Shown piece after piece: positions 31,672 through 32,262 of a stretch of 32,262 nt of DNA. The stretch spans positions 1 through 32,262 of the IMG/VR virus record IMGVR_UViG_3300045988_043480; one strand, written 5' to 3'. Source of the DNA: a virus. The notes beneath the pieces were generated by a model. The model saw only the letters and a program-made list of their open reading frames with translations. It was not told where the DNA came from and did not search any database. Positions within the stretch are counted from its first letter, which is position 1. Each line of letters begins with the position of its first letter. Both the position numbers and the translations under genes were made by a program.

Positions 31672-31725
31672 TCAAGCCCGATCGCTTGATATACCCATTA
31701 TATCACTATTGGGCTGTTGAGTCAA
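31672..31725 (-). promoter_or_regulatory. Leftward promoter, operator and 5-prime hairpin cassette (copy d), inside the 3-prime end of the replication gene
   Basis: The minus strand reads TTGACT, a 17-bp spacer, then TGATATAAT. The palindrome is at 31687-31705 and the hairpin TCAAGC-N6-GCTTGA is at 31672-31689. Confidence 0.65.
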
Positions 31726-32262
31726 ATTCGGCACGCCATCGCCGCCGCTCTCGGGAAAGAACTCACGCTCCAGCGCCTCCACTCCACCAGTGGCACCCCA
31801 ATACGCACGCCGCGCCCGCAACGTGGTCGCCACGTCAGCGGACATGGAATCGGGAAGCCTCCGAGCCATCCAATTCGACAACTGGGCTTCGCTTCGCTGA
31901 TCCTGCTTCCGAACCCTCCAATTAACCGCGTTGGCCAGCCACACGGGCAAGGTGCGCACGTACTGCAATGGCGTACCCTGGCAGGACTCCACGAATCGTT
32001 TCGCGGCCCTCATAAGCGCGTCGGCACCGACTTCATCGAACGCCTGATTGAAATACCGCAAAAGTTCGTTCGATACCCTGCACTTCTTCGGCCACAAGTC
32101 CATAAGCGCCTTGAGCGTCTCCGATGAATGGCAGGCGACTGTGATTTTTTCTTCTTCGCGCGGGGATTGTTCTTGGGTTTTGTTCTCTTGGGTTTTGTTA
32201 GTCAAAACCTCGTTTTGGGGTAGGTCAAAAGCAGGTTTTGAGGGGTCAAAAGCAGGTTTTGG
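31672..32262 (-). CDS. C-terminal part of the wrap-around replication initiator. Bases 32144-32262 duplicate 1-119.
   Basis: The frame is open to the window edge. It reads ...LTNKTQENKTQEQSPREEEKITVACHSSETLKALMDLWPKK... and is continuous with the minus-strand frame of 1..440. Confidence 0.65.
   Translation of the reverse strand, partial: PKPAFDPSKPAFDLPQNEVLTNKTQENKTQEQSPREEEKITVACHSSETLKALMDLWPKKCRVSNELLRYFNQAFDEVGADALMRAAKRFVESCQGTPLQYVRTLPVWLANAVNWRVRKQDQRSEAQLSNWMARRLPDSMSADVATTLRARRAYWGATGGVEALEREFFPESGGDGVPNLTQQPNSDIMGISSDRA
32144..32262. repeat. Second copy of the 119-bp terminal direct repeat
   Basis: Base-for-base identical to 1-119 by direct reading. Confidence 0.95.

Noticed and set aside
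1-32262. tRNA, tmRNA or rRNA genes
   Set aside because: I recognised no cloverleaf-compatible segment with conserved T-loop (GTTCRANYC) and D-loop features in the few non-coding gaps. A proper tRNAscan or Infernal run would be needed to exclude them fully.

Overview
The window is a complete dsDNA tailed-phage genome of siphovirus type. Bases 1-119 are identical to 32144-32262, so the unit length is 32143 bp and the molecule is circular or terminally redundant. SD sequences (AGGAGG), extended -10 promoters, moderately high GC by eye, portal-MuF and protease-capsid fusions, and a GH25+LysM lysin suggest an Actinomycetota host, possibly Bifidobacterium-like (inference only). A divergent promoter region at 539-606 splits the genome into two arms. 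The rightward arm (607-24736, + strand) holds small early genes (Xis-like HTH, SSB, RusA, lipoprotein), then TerS, a ParB-like / ABC-ATPase / GNAT module, TerL, portal-MuF, a Com-like zinc ribbon, protease-capsid, head-tail connectors, major tail protein with an Ig domain, chaperones, tape measure, Dit, Tal, fibres, a lysis cassette, and a second fibre module. The leftward arm (440 through the junction down to 24890, - strand) holds a replication initiator with embedded iterons, ERF, a YqaJ exonuclease, a Grx-like protein, wHTH and XRE regulators, HNH, and many unknowns. It is punctuated by five copies of a promoter overlapping a palindrome. No integrase, invertase, tRNA or CRISPR array was seen. 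Main leads: (1) an in-frame inverted repeat flanking two tail-to-tail alternative receptor-binding C-termini, with no recombinase in the genome; (2) the ParB / ABC-ATPase / GNAT cassette, which has an in-frame TGA and a -1 frame break exactly at C_CCA_AAA; (3) the TGATATA-N5-TATATCA promoter/operator network; (4) a tail fibre split at a G4 tract at a GC-content junction.
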